A stretch of 64,000 nucleotides of DNA. Source: Laetmonice hystrix (Eukaryota). The notes below the pieces were generated by a model. It saw only the letters and a list, made by a program, of their open reading frames with translations, searched no databases and had not been told where the DNA came from. The position numbers were made by a program, and so were the translations under genes. Shown piece after piece: positions 38,331-49,500 of this stretch; the stretch's first letter is position 1, and the number at the start of each line of letters is the position of its first letter. Location of the stretch: positions 36,024,001 to 36,088,000 of the forward strand of contig OZ249436.1 of assembly GCA_965235115.1 (NCBI GenBank). The letters are read 5' to 3'.

Positions 38331-40032
38331 TTTTTACTGATTTCCCTTTTGGAAAAGATCACATCGAGCTGAATTCACGACCTTGCATCTCCAACTAAAT
38401 TCAGTGCAATGATCCCCATAGGTGTTAACTATAGATTGGACACATTAGATGTAAGAACAAAATCAACCACAACTACATATCTACACCAAAAAACAAAACA
38501 AAAAATGTAAAACGTTTTTAGACCTGCTCTGGGTCGGGTCAAATGCTGGTATGTTTAGCGGTTTCTGTGGCTTCTCTCATACTCATACTGTTGCATTCTC
38601 TCATAGCTGGGCATAGTGACCCAGAGTATTCCTCATCATGTCGTTAGCTTGTCGTATCGTTAACTCCAATGTATTTTCAATGGGGATTTTAACGCACGAC
38701 GGGATCATAACGATAGATGAGGAACGCACCCCAGTGGTACTTAATCGCACAACACTTCCCGGGAAACCATTTATACAGTACGTTTAATTATTCGTACCAG
38801 GACTTGGAATGGTATGACCTCGGATGCTTCCTCGGCTTGATATAGCAACCAATCAACATGTATCAGCTCGACATTATCAGATACTTGTATTTACACAATA
38901 AGACACAGTGTTTGCCAAACCACCATCCCTTTTTGTTAGATCCATCAGTGCGAAAGATATATCACAATAAATGACAATTCAACTATCTTTCTCCTGATAG
39001 GCAGCCAAACAACATCAAGTCTGGGAAATCCAAACAAACCGGTGCAGTGGATCCGTCCCCATATCATCTCTTTAATCATGCCATGTTTGTCCTGTAGGAG
39101 TTCCCTGGTCCTGTTTCCACTGTAGTTGAGACACCTCCTTCCACTCCAGTATCTCCAACATTGATTTTAACTATGCTCTGTCGCACAACTGGTGACACAC
39201 TAGGACCAACGTCTGGGTATATTTAACAATCATTATGTGCTTATAAATACACGTAGTCAGTTCTAATGTCCTTGGCTTTCAACATGTACGGTACATCATT
39301 TGTCCGCCATCCCAAATACTATCGCACTCTGCAGATAATCCGGCAGATTATCCTGATTATCTGACAAGACTTTTTTAATCTTTAATTTTCTTCCGTGTAA
39401 ATATACCATTAATGTTTACGTCACTCAGAGTTCAGACTTCAGAGTTATGAGTATGGTCGCTTGGCCCCAAAGGGACAGATGAGGGACCAATAATAGCCCA
39501 TTGTAAACCATGATGTACAACACTTATTCGGGCCTGCTGACTTACGAACAAACTATAAGTTTTTAGAACGGTCTACATGGTTTCACCAGTTCAACAGACC
39601 CTAGACCATGGAATGAAGTTGGTTTCTGTACGTATGTGTGACGTGATGGGGCCATCAGAGCAGGTACCCGTGTGTTGGTACATCTCACCTGGCCTTGTGC
39701 ATGTCTTACTCCATCATAATGGGACACCCATTTATGTATGTTTCGCATGTTCTCCCAATAAAAGCTGTCATTTTCACCTGACATGTTTGTAGCCAAAGAC
39801 AGGTGTATCAGACCCGTGACCTATGAGAAGGTTGGACCTCAGTGGTCACACGTACATCATAACCTTGTATTGTCACAGATACTGCCGGGTGTGACAACCA
39901 AATACATGTACAATGTAGATGGAGATTTTCATTTCTGACAGAGAAACAAGCTCATCTCTTCTTCTGCATTTCAATCAAACGAATCTTTTATATACTACTC
40001 ACAATTTGCTAAGGCTCACCCTCCTGCACCCC

Positions 40033-40189
40033 CAGTGGCAGCACCAGGATTTGGGCAAACAGTTTGGGGAATAACCTCTCAATGTATGCTTCAGTTTTAC
40101 TTTTTTACTGGTTTTACTGGAGCCCACTAGGGGGGGGCAAGCATTGTGACTCGGGGAGGGGGGAAATGCCCCCCATGGTGCCGCCACTG
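40033..40189. mobile_element. hAT-type MITE, 157 bp
   Basis: TIR CAGTGGCAGCACCA / TGGTGCCGCCACTG. The 8-bp flanks TGCACCCC and GTCACCCC match at 6/8 positions. Confidence 0.8.
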
Positions 40190-41010
40190 GTCACCCCCGT
40201 TTTTGGATCTCACCTTAACCCCATGCATGGGACAGGTGCCAGGCTGCAGTGGGGGGGGGAATGGTACGAGTTTGGGGGGGGGGAGAGTAATGCAAAATAT
40301 TTCCCTCTGGAAATTTTTTTGGGGGGTAGTAGCTGAATAATGGGGGGTCTCCCCCCCCCAAAAAAAAAAGGGCCTGCAGGAAACCCTGAAAAAGGGGGAT
40401 CACCCCCTTATAAAAATTATTTACTTCTCCACGTATGATTGCACACAACATGTAACAGTGACTGAAAAGCTTAGGGGACGGTACTGCTTACCTGTACTAT
40501 GGTCATTGAGTGGAATTACCTTTTATTTACAAATATTTCAGTGTGTTGGAGTGATTCCTAGCAAATAATTGAAATTGTGAGTTGTATATAAAGTATCTCA
40601 AGAAATCTGGGCCAGCATGTAACATCCATGGAATGTGATTCCGGAAATGGTAGTTGATGATCTTGGTGGTTTTACGTCCCGATCGCGTCCAAATACCAGT
40701 ATTTTCGGTTAGAGAGTTCGGTTCAAACGATTGTCAAGTTCAACATAGCAATGTAGTCCTTGTTCGGCTTGGTACCTTGATGACGAGGGCATAACGAAGA
40801 AAGTGAGACAAGTACTGTTGGCGGTGATGATTCCATTGCTCTTTTCTCGCAGGTCAGTAATTTAGAGTAAGAACGTCATCATACCAAGAATGGTCCACCA
40901 TTATTGATTAAATACCACAACGATTCTTGAAGTCAACATTGAGTCAGGTTGAGGTTACTCTAGTATAAACCTCTATTGTCAGTCCAGACTACCTGATATA
41001 TCAGAACGTT

Positions 41011-42168
41011 CAGCTCACCTCCTATATCAGGTCACCTCCTGTATCAGGTCACTCCTGTATCAGGTCACTTCCTCTATCAGGTCACTCCCTGTATCAGGTC
41101 ACTTCCTTTATCAGGTCACCTCCTGTATCGCGTCACTCCTGTATCAGGTCACTTTCTGTATCAGGTCACCTCCTGTATCAGGTCACTTCCTGTATCGAGT
41201 CACTCCTGTATCAGGTCACTTCCTGTATCAGGTCACTTCCTGTATCGAGTCACTCCTGTATCAGGTCACCTCCTGTAATGCGTCACTCCTGTATCAGGTC
41301 ACCTCCTGTATTGCGTCACTCCTGTATCAGGTCACTTCCTGTATCAGGTCACTTCCTGTATCAGGTCACTTCCTGTATCAGGTAACTTCCTGTATCGAGT
41401 CACTCCTGTATCAGGTCACTTCCTGTATCGAGTCACTCCTGTATCAGGTCACTCCCTGTATCAGGTCACCTCCTGTATCAGGTCACTCCCTGTATCGAGT
41501 CACTCCTGTATCAGGTCACTCTCTGTATCAGGTCACTTCCGGTATCAGGTCACGTCCTGTATCAGGTCACTTCCTGTATCGAGTCACTCGTGTATCAGGT
41601 CACTTCCCTTATCGAGTCACTCGTGTATCAGGTCACGTCCTGTATCAGGTCACTTCCGGTATCAGGTCACGTCCTGTGTCAAGCCACTCCTGCATCAGGT
41701 CACTTCCTGTATCAGGTCACTTCCTGTATCAGGTCACCTCCTGTATCGCATCACTCATGTATCAGGTCACTTCCTGTATCAGGTCACTTCCTGTATCAGG
41801 TCACTTCCTGTATCAGGTCGCTCCTGTATCAAGCCACTCCTGTATCCGGTTATTCCTGTATCAGACCACCTCCTGCATCAGGTTATTCCTGTATCAGGCT
41901 ACCTCCTGTATCAGGTCACTTCCTGTATTAGGTCACTTCCGGTATCAGGTCGCTCCTGTATCAGGTCACCTCCTGTATCAGGCCACTTCCGGTATCAGGC
42001 CACTTCCTGTATCAGGTTATTCCTGTATCAGGCCACCTCCTGTATCAGTATATCAGGTCACCTCCTGTATCGAGTCATGCTGTATCAGGTCGCTTCCTGT
42101 ATCAGAACATTTCTGTCCAACGGTTCCGGTATCAGGTCACCACTGTATCAATTCACCTCCTGTATCAA
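41011..42168. repeat. 17/18-bp minisatellite, about 65 copies
   Basis: Unit TCCTGTATCAGGTCAC(T/C)(T) with ATCGAGTCAC/ATCGCGTCAC variants; decays toward the right end. Confidence 0.97.
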
Positions 42169-42316
42169 GTAAGCACGCACGTGAATTACGTCCGTTCCCA
42201 CGGTCGGTGCCATCAAAGGAGGGACGAACTGGAGGGACGAACATTGCGTCCTACTTTCATCAGCACGTACTAGTACATCATACAACATTGACAACTGCTA
42301 CTTACATGTCACTGGG

Positions 42317-42660
42317 GGGGGGGGGGGACCGGGGTGGCGCAGTGGTTAGAGCACAGGACCTTTGATCCAAGGGTCCTGGGTTCGATCCGCGGCCGCGCCG
42401 GACTTTCCTGCATAAGCAGTGCTGCCGACTGCTTTATCAAAGGCCGGCCGTGTCACGATACGTCTATGTGGAGGGGCACGTTAAAGATCCCTTGGCACCT
42501 ATCGATAAGAGTAGGGGTTCGCCCCGATGCCAGGTTTCCTCCTATCATCTCATTATCACCCAATGGATTTCACCGACTGAGTTAGTTACCTTGTTCTCGC
42601 CCTGAAATAGCTGAAATACTGCTGACTGGGCGTTAAACACCAACTACTCACTCACTCACT
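42317..42660 (+). mobile_element. Full-length tRNA-derived SINE (Meta-domain type)
   Basis: A box TGGCGCAGTGG 42335-42345 and B box GGTTCGATCC 42379-42388. Meta-like core ATCAAAGGCCG...AAAGATCCCTTG...ATCGATAAGAGTAG; 3' GGCGTTAAACACCAA plus (ACTC)n tail. TSD CATGTCACTGGG at 42305-42316 and 42661-42672. Confidence 0.92.
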
Positions 42661-42699
42661 CATGTCACTGGGACCATTTTTTAACCAATATAAAGAAAC

Positions 42700-43560
42700 C
42701 AAAACATATTTTCACTCTGAGCCCCCTTTTCTCATATCTGAAATGGCAACTGCTCAAGAAGAACACATTTTGGACAGCGAGTACTTCAGATTATACAAGG
42801 AGTGACAGGGATGAGGGGTAACGTTTTATAATATGTGTCAGAGGCAACTGCAAACTTTCCACATGGTGCTTGATATCAGTAAAGTTATCCTAGCTGATAT
42901 CGTTTTCACTTTCTTTCACCGTGATTTATCAGCGATACACGAAAGATCAGAGACTAGACCAAAGTTCCCAGAAATAATAACGAGCTCTGACGCGGCCTTT
43001 GTATGTGCAGTGGGCATGAGGAGAAAATGATTCCGCTTCATCCGTACAAAAAGAGCAGATCAGGCCTCCACCAATACATACAGAACCGGGTGGGTTTACA
43101 AGATATTTACTACATACACTCGAGGTTATATCTAATGTAGCCAGGGAAAATTGCTTCTCTGATGCTGACATATCCATTACGGTACCCAGACAGTTGTGGC
43201 TTCCCCTATATTACTGCAGAATCCCCTGGTAATGATTCTTAAGCACTATAGGAACCCGGACTCTGCCTGAATCGATACGAGGATTCAAGTAACAAGGAGG
43301 CCCCAAGATAAATTCATACCCTAAGGTTAACTGAACTATATTTACAGGATTAAAACACATTATTATAATCACTGCACTAAAGCAGCGAGTGTACCGGTTC
43401 AAGAAATATATCAAGAGAGCTAGGTCATCCCTAAAAAGTAGCTTTAATTCTCGACTGCTTACTAAAAATGCCGATAAAAAGACCGATGGGCCAGACGACC
43501 TTTCATAGAGTGCTGTTATAATCTGAACCAGGCCCAGCCTTTTCCTATCCTTCAAACAAT
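42700..43560 (+). mobile_element. Possible very old LINE endonuclease/tether remnant
   Basis: Weak broken motifs LISE, RSDRDEG (R.DR..GG-like) and KTDGPDDL (GPD-like). Confidence 0.25.
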
Positions 43561-45311
43561 TCTCACTAGGCCAATCTCACGGGGCTAGAGAGCTATATAC
43601 TGGATGGTATGTACGGTAACATCTGTGTGTCTGGAGACTGGGGGGGGGGGGGGGGCGGGCGACGACCCTCAATGGACGTCTGGTAGCTATATAGGATGGG
43701 ACGCCGTGTCCCAGAAAGCTACCTCCCCCCCCCGTACACAACCATCATACCTGCAGGAATTCACCAACACACAACTTGGACATTCCACGAGTCCTTACCG
43801 TGTCTGTACCTCGCTGTCGCTCTCTCAACCCCTGGCCTGTTTTCTATAAAGTTAATATCTCAGCCTATACAGAGTTTTTAGTCCCTGACCGGCTGTATCA
43901 TCTGTTCAGTCAATAGCAGCCCTCAATCGGTGATTAACACCAGGTCAACCATGAAAATATCTCTCAATAACAATAACAGTACTTTCAGTCTGTTACAATA
44001 ACACCTAACACATTCCCTTTAAGTGAACTGGTTTAAATTTGGCGGTGATTAGTTGAAACTACTTTTACATAAATATAAAATCCCGTTAATTGTCTAAGTG
44101 CCAACTTTCAACGCGAGCTAAACATTACACATACTAATTTTATTCGTGTTTTCCTAAGGAATTTATTCCAAATCATTTACTTACTAAATACCGTTACGGG
44201 ATTTCTCCTCGTCCTATCAAAATAAACATTCAGTACACTGGAGTGACCTCTTTCTTTTTTTTATGATATTAACAAGTTCAAAAGTTAGTAGTTAGTACTT
44301 TTACCGGATTAATTTGGCGATACCCTCAAGTTTTTGGGCTCAAATAATTCAGATTTTACCTGGGTGTGAACAACCTTGCGAGTTCACCGGGAGTAAGAGT
44401 TCAGCATTGTTCAGCCCTGTGTAAGCTAGATCTTTTCAGGGTTAAAAAGGGAAACCATTCACTGACCTCACCATTGTAATTCGCTGTTCCTTGAAGGAGG
44501 GAACAATAAGAATGTCGGAGAAATAAGGTCCAATTCAACTGATGGTTATCTGTAGCAGAATTACCCCCTGCATATTCAGGCAAACTCCAAAACATCTATT
44601 GACTGGTCACAATGACAGGTCAGAATGAGCTCTGACATGTTTCTAAAGGCCCGTTCACACAGAGCCGATGACAAACAGATGTGTCCCGGTGGGATGTGCC
44701 CATGCAGTCCCTCCGATGTTGTCCAAAAGCACTGTGACGACACCTACCAGCGTAACTCGAGTTACCTAGGTTCAACATGGCGGACGTTAAGTTCAGCCCA
44801 TTTTCTCCCTCACGATTGCTTCTCTATTAGCGCATTATATATCTAAATATTTGGTTTGGGAAGAGTTTATGAACGGTTCATTATGTGTATGGGGTTCCTT
44901 CCATGTAATCTTAGTTGCTGAAGGAGAAATCGCTTACTGTTGTGGGGCTAGTACCTGCGTAACTCTATCTCAGGGAAACAGACAAACCAACGTAACTCGA
45001 AGGCTTGTACCTGCGTAACTCTCTGTTTATGCACTAAGGTGCACACCCAGATAATATGATGCAAGGAGACAATTAGGGGGCCTACACCCAGGAGTGTTCA
45101 TAAGGACCCTTATTTTTGTCCTATCCATACTTTTGACGGGTGTGCCCAGCACAAACTGATCCATAGACATGTTTTGAAGCATTATAATAATCATGGACAT
45201 TTTTTATGCCGAGATAGACACTTCAGAAGTCAAAGAGGCGGCCACCTTGTTGACGGGCATCATCGAGGAATTAGCTAGTTAGTGTATATTTATTCATAAT
45301 GATATTATCCA

Positions 45312-46571
45312 TGTTACGCGCCATCGGTCGATCTGACCCATCGACCGATGGGCGACCCATCGGTGGATGCGCGGCGCGCCAGGGTCGCGGCCCATCGGCC
45401 GATGGGTCTGACCCATCGGTGGATGGGTGGTTGGTAAACAGAACACATGGATGCAATACATAAAACGGACTATACTGTAGTTATCATGAAGAAAAAAACG
45501 TTTAGACGTAGGCACCCTAACTTTTAAGACTTTAACAGAACTTGAAATGTGTGTGAAAAAAAGTTGAGTAGCAGCGGGTAAATCCGGGGGTAATCAAACA
45601 TGGCAACAATGGTGACCGATTTAATGACAGGAGGTGGGTGTGAGGTCTGGACAGGAGGTGGGTGTGGGGTCTGGACAGAAGTGGTGGGGCCTGGCAGGAG
45701 GTGGGTGTGGGGTCTGGACAGGGGGTGGGTGTGGGGTCTGGACAGGAGGTGGGTGTGGGGTCTGGACAGGGGGTGGGTGTGGGGTCTGGCAGGAGGTGGG
45801 TGTGAGGTCTGGATAGGAGGTGGGTGTGGTGTCTGGACAGGAGGTGGGTGTGAGGTCTGGACAGGAGGTGGGTGTGAGGTCTGGACAGGAGGTGGGTGTG
45901 GGGTCTGGACAGGCGGTGGGTATGGGGTCTGGCAGGAGGTGGGTGTGGGGTCTGGACAGGAGGTGGGTGTGGGGTCTGGACAGGAGGTGGGTGTGAGGTC
46001 TGGACAGGAGGTGGGTGTGGGGTCTGGCAGGAGGTGGGTGTGGGGTCCGGACAGAAGGTGGATGTCGGGTCTGGACAGGAGGTGGGTGTGGGGTCTGGAC
46101 AGAAGGTGGATGTCGGGTCCGGGCAAGAGGTGGCTGGGTGGTCTGGGGCGGAGGTGGGTGTGAGGTCTGGGGCGGAGGTGGGTGTGGGGTCTGGACAGGA
46201 GGTGGGTGTGGGGTCTGGACAGGAGGTGGGTGTGAGGTCTGGACAGGAGGTGGGTGTGGGGTCTGGGCAAGAGGTGGCTGGGTGGTCTCGGGCGGAGGTG
46301 GCTGGGGGATCTGAGTTCTTGACTGAAGGGAGGCCTGCGGCTCCGGTTGAGAGGTTGTCTCCTCTAGGTTTTCCTGTCATTTCATGTCTCCTGGTTTACC
46401 AATCACCCATCCACCGATGGGTCAGACCCATCGGCCGATGGGCCGCGACCCTAGCGCGCGCCGCGCATCCACTGATGGGTCGCATATCGGTCGATGGGCG
46501 ACCCGTTAGCCGATCCACCGATGGGTCTGACCCATCGGCCGATGGGTCAGATCGACCGATGGCGCGTAACA
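45312..46571. mobile_element. Ginger-like non-autonomous transposon (TGT...ACA, 4-bp TSD)
   Basis: TGTTACGCGCCATCGGTCGATCTGACCCATCG at both ends in inverted orientation (TIRs about 45312-45449 and 46383-46571). TCCA is duplicated at 45308-45311 and 46572-46575. Confidence 0.85.
45626..46307. repeat. 24-bp G-rich minisatellite (with 22-bp variants) inside the Ginger-like element
   Basis: Unit GGACAGGAGGTGGGTGTGGGGTCT, about 28 copies. Confidence 0.95.
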
Positions 46572-49500
46572 TCCATATTACCAGTGCTAGTCAATGCAGC
46601 TCTACAGTTTATATTTGGTCTAAAAATGGACATTTAACATATTGTGTTAATCATTCCAAGTGGAGTTCCAGCTCAGGTTCCTGTATTGTTATCATGTACC
46701 GGTATTTATAATGCTAATTAAATTTCAGTCATTCAATGTAGAGGGTAAGTCTTGTATAAGTGAAATTATTTGTTGAGGTTGAAGATGTTCTTTTGCCAGG
46801 TCCTGTTATATTGGTTCTAGCACCATACTGACAAACTGTGGGGTTTATCAGAGGACATTGATGCCTCATTTGTCATTAATTTTATCATGGACTAATTGCC
46901 ATTCCCCTCCCACCGTAATATTATTTTATGTGGTATCTCATAGGCAAACTATGTACTAGGCCTAGTACTGTAAGGTAAGATCCTCCCTCTCACATGTCTC
47001 GCCCCTCTTCCTAGATGAAAGTAATGAAAATTACAGTCTACTGTCATAACTTCATACTGGGTTAATGTTACAATTTAAAATGTTAACATTCGGACTTTCC
47101 GTTTGTTCTTTGTTTGTTTCTCATTATGATATAAATGCACTGGATCGGTATGTACCGGTACTTTCCCAACAAATTTGAACATTCATTAATGAAAAAATAT
47201 AGTACTCTGCAGCCACATTTCAACACATGCGCTTTGTAGTAATTGCAACCTAATTTCAATACATAGACGTACATCGTAATGGACTATGAATAATTATAAT
47301 TTATAGACTTTGCTGAGTTACGCTGGTAACCGCCCAAAACTGGGTTAGAGTTACGCAGGTACCGCAGAATGAGTTACGCAGGTACTAGCCCCAAAACAGT
47401 ACGCGATTTCTCCTTCAGCAACTAAGATTACATGGAAGGAACCCCATACACATAATGAACCGTTCATAAACTCTTCCCAAACCAAATATTTAGATATATA
47501 ATGCGCTAATAGAGAAGCAATCGTGAGGGAGAAAATGGGCTGAACTTAACGTCCGCCATGTTGAACCTAGGTAACTCGAGTTACGCTGGTAGGTGTCGTC
47601 ACAGTGAAAAGAAACAGAAGCTGGCGTAGCTGGGGTGTTGTCCGATATTGCCCTATGTTTCCCGATGTATCACGATGTATCACGATGTGTCCCGACCCCC
47701 CCCCCCCCCAATGTTAATCCGATGTCATCTTGATTTTAGAAAAATTGGGGGATCTTTGAACATGTTCAAAAATTTCCCGATGTCACTGCAATCTCTTCTA
47801 ACTTCCCGATGTCGTGCCGATGTTTCCCGATCACTCCCGATGTGATCCCCGATGTCACACAGATGTCACATCGAAACATATCGCAGTCAACATCGGCCAA
47901 GTGTGAACGTTGTTTAACATTTTCTATACCCATATTACTGACAAGTGCCAATTTGTTTGATGATACGGTCAGTGGAGTTAAAAAACTGAAGTTTTTCTAG
48001 TACCTGAGCTTGCAGATACTTCACAAGACACACTGAGTGTGCAAGACAATCAGAAGATCAATAGTTCTGAGAAATCTCTGCACGGGGCGCCTTTCAAGAA
48101 GAGCGGGATTGATCCAGCTTTTACCTCATCTTCAGATGACTTTTTTTTACTTTCCCCTCGACATTTTTGGGACCACATCAGTGAGGATAAAGGACTAAAG
48201 AACTTTACAATACGCCGACACATTAATCTTCCAGAAGCCGAACCTGGATCCACCATGTCAGCATTAAAGGAGATTAATTGTGCTGGATAAACACCCTGTG
48301 TAAACACTCCAGGTCCACTGTAAATCAAGTTCAATATTTATCTTTCTGTTCAGTGAATCCATTTGAATTCACCAGCGCTTCCCTGGCATCGAAACGATCA
48401 GAACAAAGGTTTCATTCACAAACCAGGAAAACATGGATAAGTTAGTTCGGTTATAACATTTGTTACATGAACAGGACACGGCATGACAAATAAGGTTAAA
48501 AATAATACCTTTCTAAGTTTGCTTATATGTAATTACGAGTTGGGACGTGCCTGAGAGAGACCTGGGTGACAAACGTGACACTACTATTGGCATGTGTCCA
48601 TGTAAGTTTGTCTCGTGCGCAGCCATAGTCTCCACGTATAACGAATGTGTTACACTGCTAGGAGACACGCAGCTATAAAACCTCGCAATCTTCTACCTAC
48701 AACATTTTCTAACTGTAATACTGAAGTTGTGTCAAATCACACGGAATCTGTAGGACTCCATCCTTGTGATGTCCCCTTTCAAGAAACAATAGACTCTAAA
48801 TATTGTAATGTTAAACGAAGGAGAAACGTTCATTAACTCCTAAAATATTCCCACTGTGTCTTTCCTATCCCTACAGAAGTCTCTTGTGTAGTCGTCTGTC
48901 AAAGGCGTTACTTCTGCTTGGGTAGAAACATTTCCCAGCTTTCACAATGGCAGACTAGGATCTGTGGGCGCAAAAAAATGGTGAATATCGAGGTGGGCAG
49001 GACACACCGGGCAGGCCTTATGAGATTCAACCGCCACTTTGACATCCTTGCTCTCACACCCTATACGACTTCGACGGACATTACCAACCTTCAGTTTTGG
49101 ACTTCCCCACGACTGGGCAGTTTGGACTTCCCTACGGCTGGGCAGTTATTTATACGGAACTGAGAGGGTAAATTCTGGAACTGTTTCACGATTAGGCACT
49201 TCCAAAACCAATTGGTTTTGAGCTTATACGGATTTTACCCACTGAGAATATGTACGGCACGTAGATCCAGACCATAGGAACAGCCCAGAGACAAGGCTTG
49301 CAGACAAGGCTGAGGTCATTTTGTAGATGTGGGCCAAACCCACATGGCACAGTTCTCGTTCGGTTCACAACACGGAGACTAGTAGGTCTTTCTTGGACAT
49401 TAATAACAAAGAAAGAAGAAGAAGAAGAAACCGTAGCCATTACCGAGCGGGCGATTGAAACCCAGCCTCATCAAAGAGAGTCAAGTTTGTGATGGTGACG

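Larger units (their letters stand above)
44730..47606. mobile_element. Non-autonomous DNA transposon with 236-bp TIRs, CACTGTG termini and 5-bp TSD (Transib/RAG-transposon-like ends)
   Basis: 44730-44965 is the reverse complement of 47371-47606 with 2 mismatches. AAAAG is duplicated at 44725-44729 and 47607-47611; 2-, 3- and 4-bp TSDs do not fit. Repeated subterminal GCGTAACTC motifs. The element itself is certain; the superfamily is inferred. Confidence 0.85.
44647..47914. mobile_element. PIF/Harbinger-like MITE (~386 bp reconstructed) split by later insertions
   Basis: Ends AGGCCCGTTCACACAGAGCCGATG / CATCGGCCAAGTGTGAACGTTGTT with TAA at 44644-44646 and 47915-47917. CCGATG-rich interior on both sides of the 44730-47606 insertion. 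Confidence 0.75.

Noticed and set aside
41590..42365. 113-aa and 229-aa ORFs
   Set aside because: Translations of the 17/18-bp minisatellite running into a SINE.
42328..42400. tRNA gene
   Set aside because: A/B boxes are present but it is the head of a SINE with body, tail and TSD; no proper acceptor stem.
44730..44760. Complete 12-RSS (heptamer-12-nonamer)
   Set aside because: The 9-mer after a 12-bp spacer is AGCGTAACT, only 4/9 to ACAAAAACC, and both ends are symmetric, so there is no 12/23 architecture.
45600..46711. Gly/Val/Trp-rich plus-strand ORFs
   Set aside because: Read-through of the 24-bp G-rich repeat in several frames.
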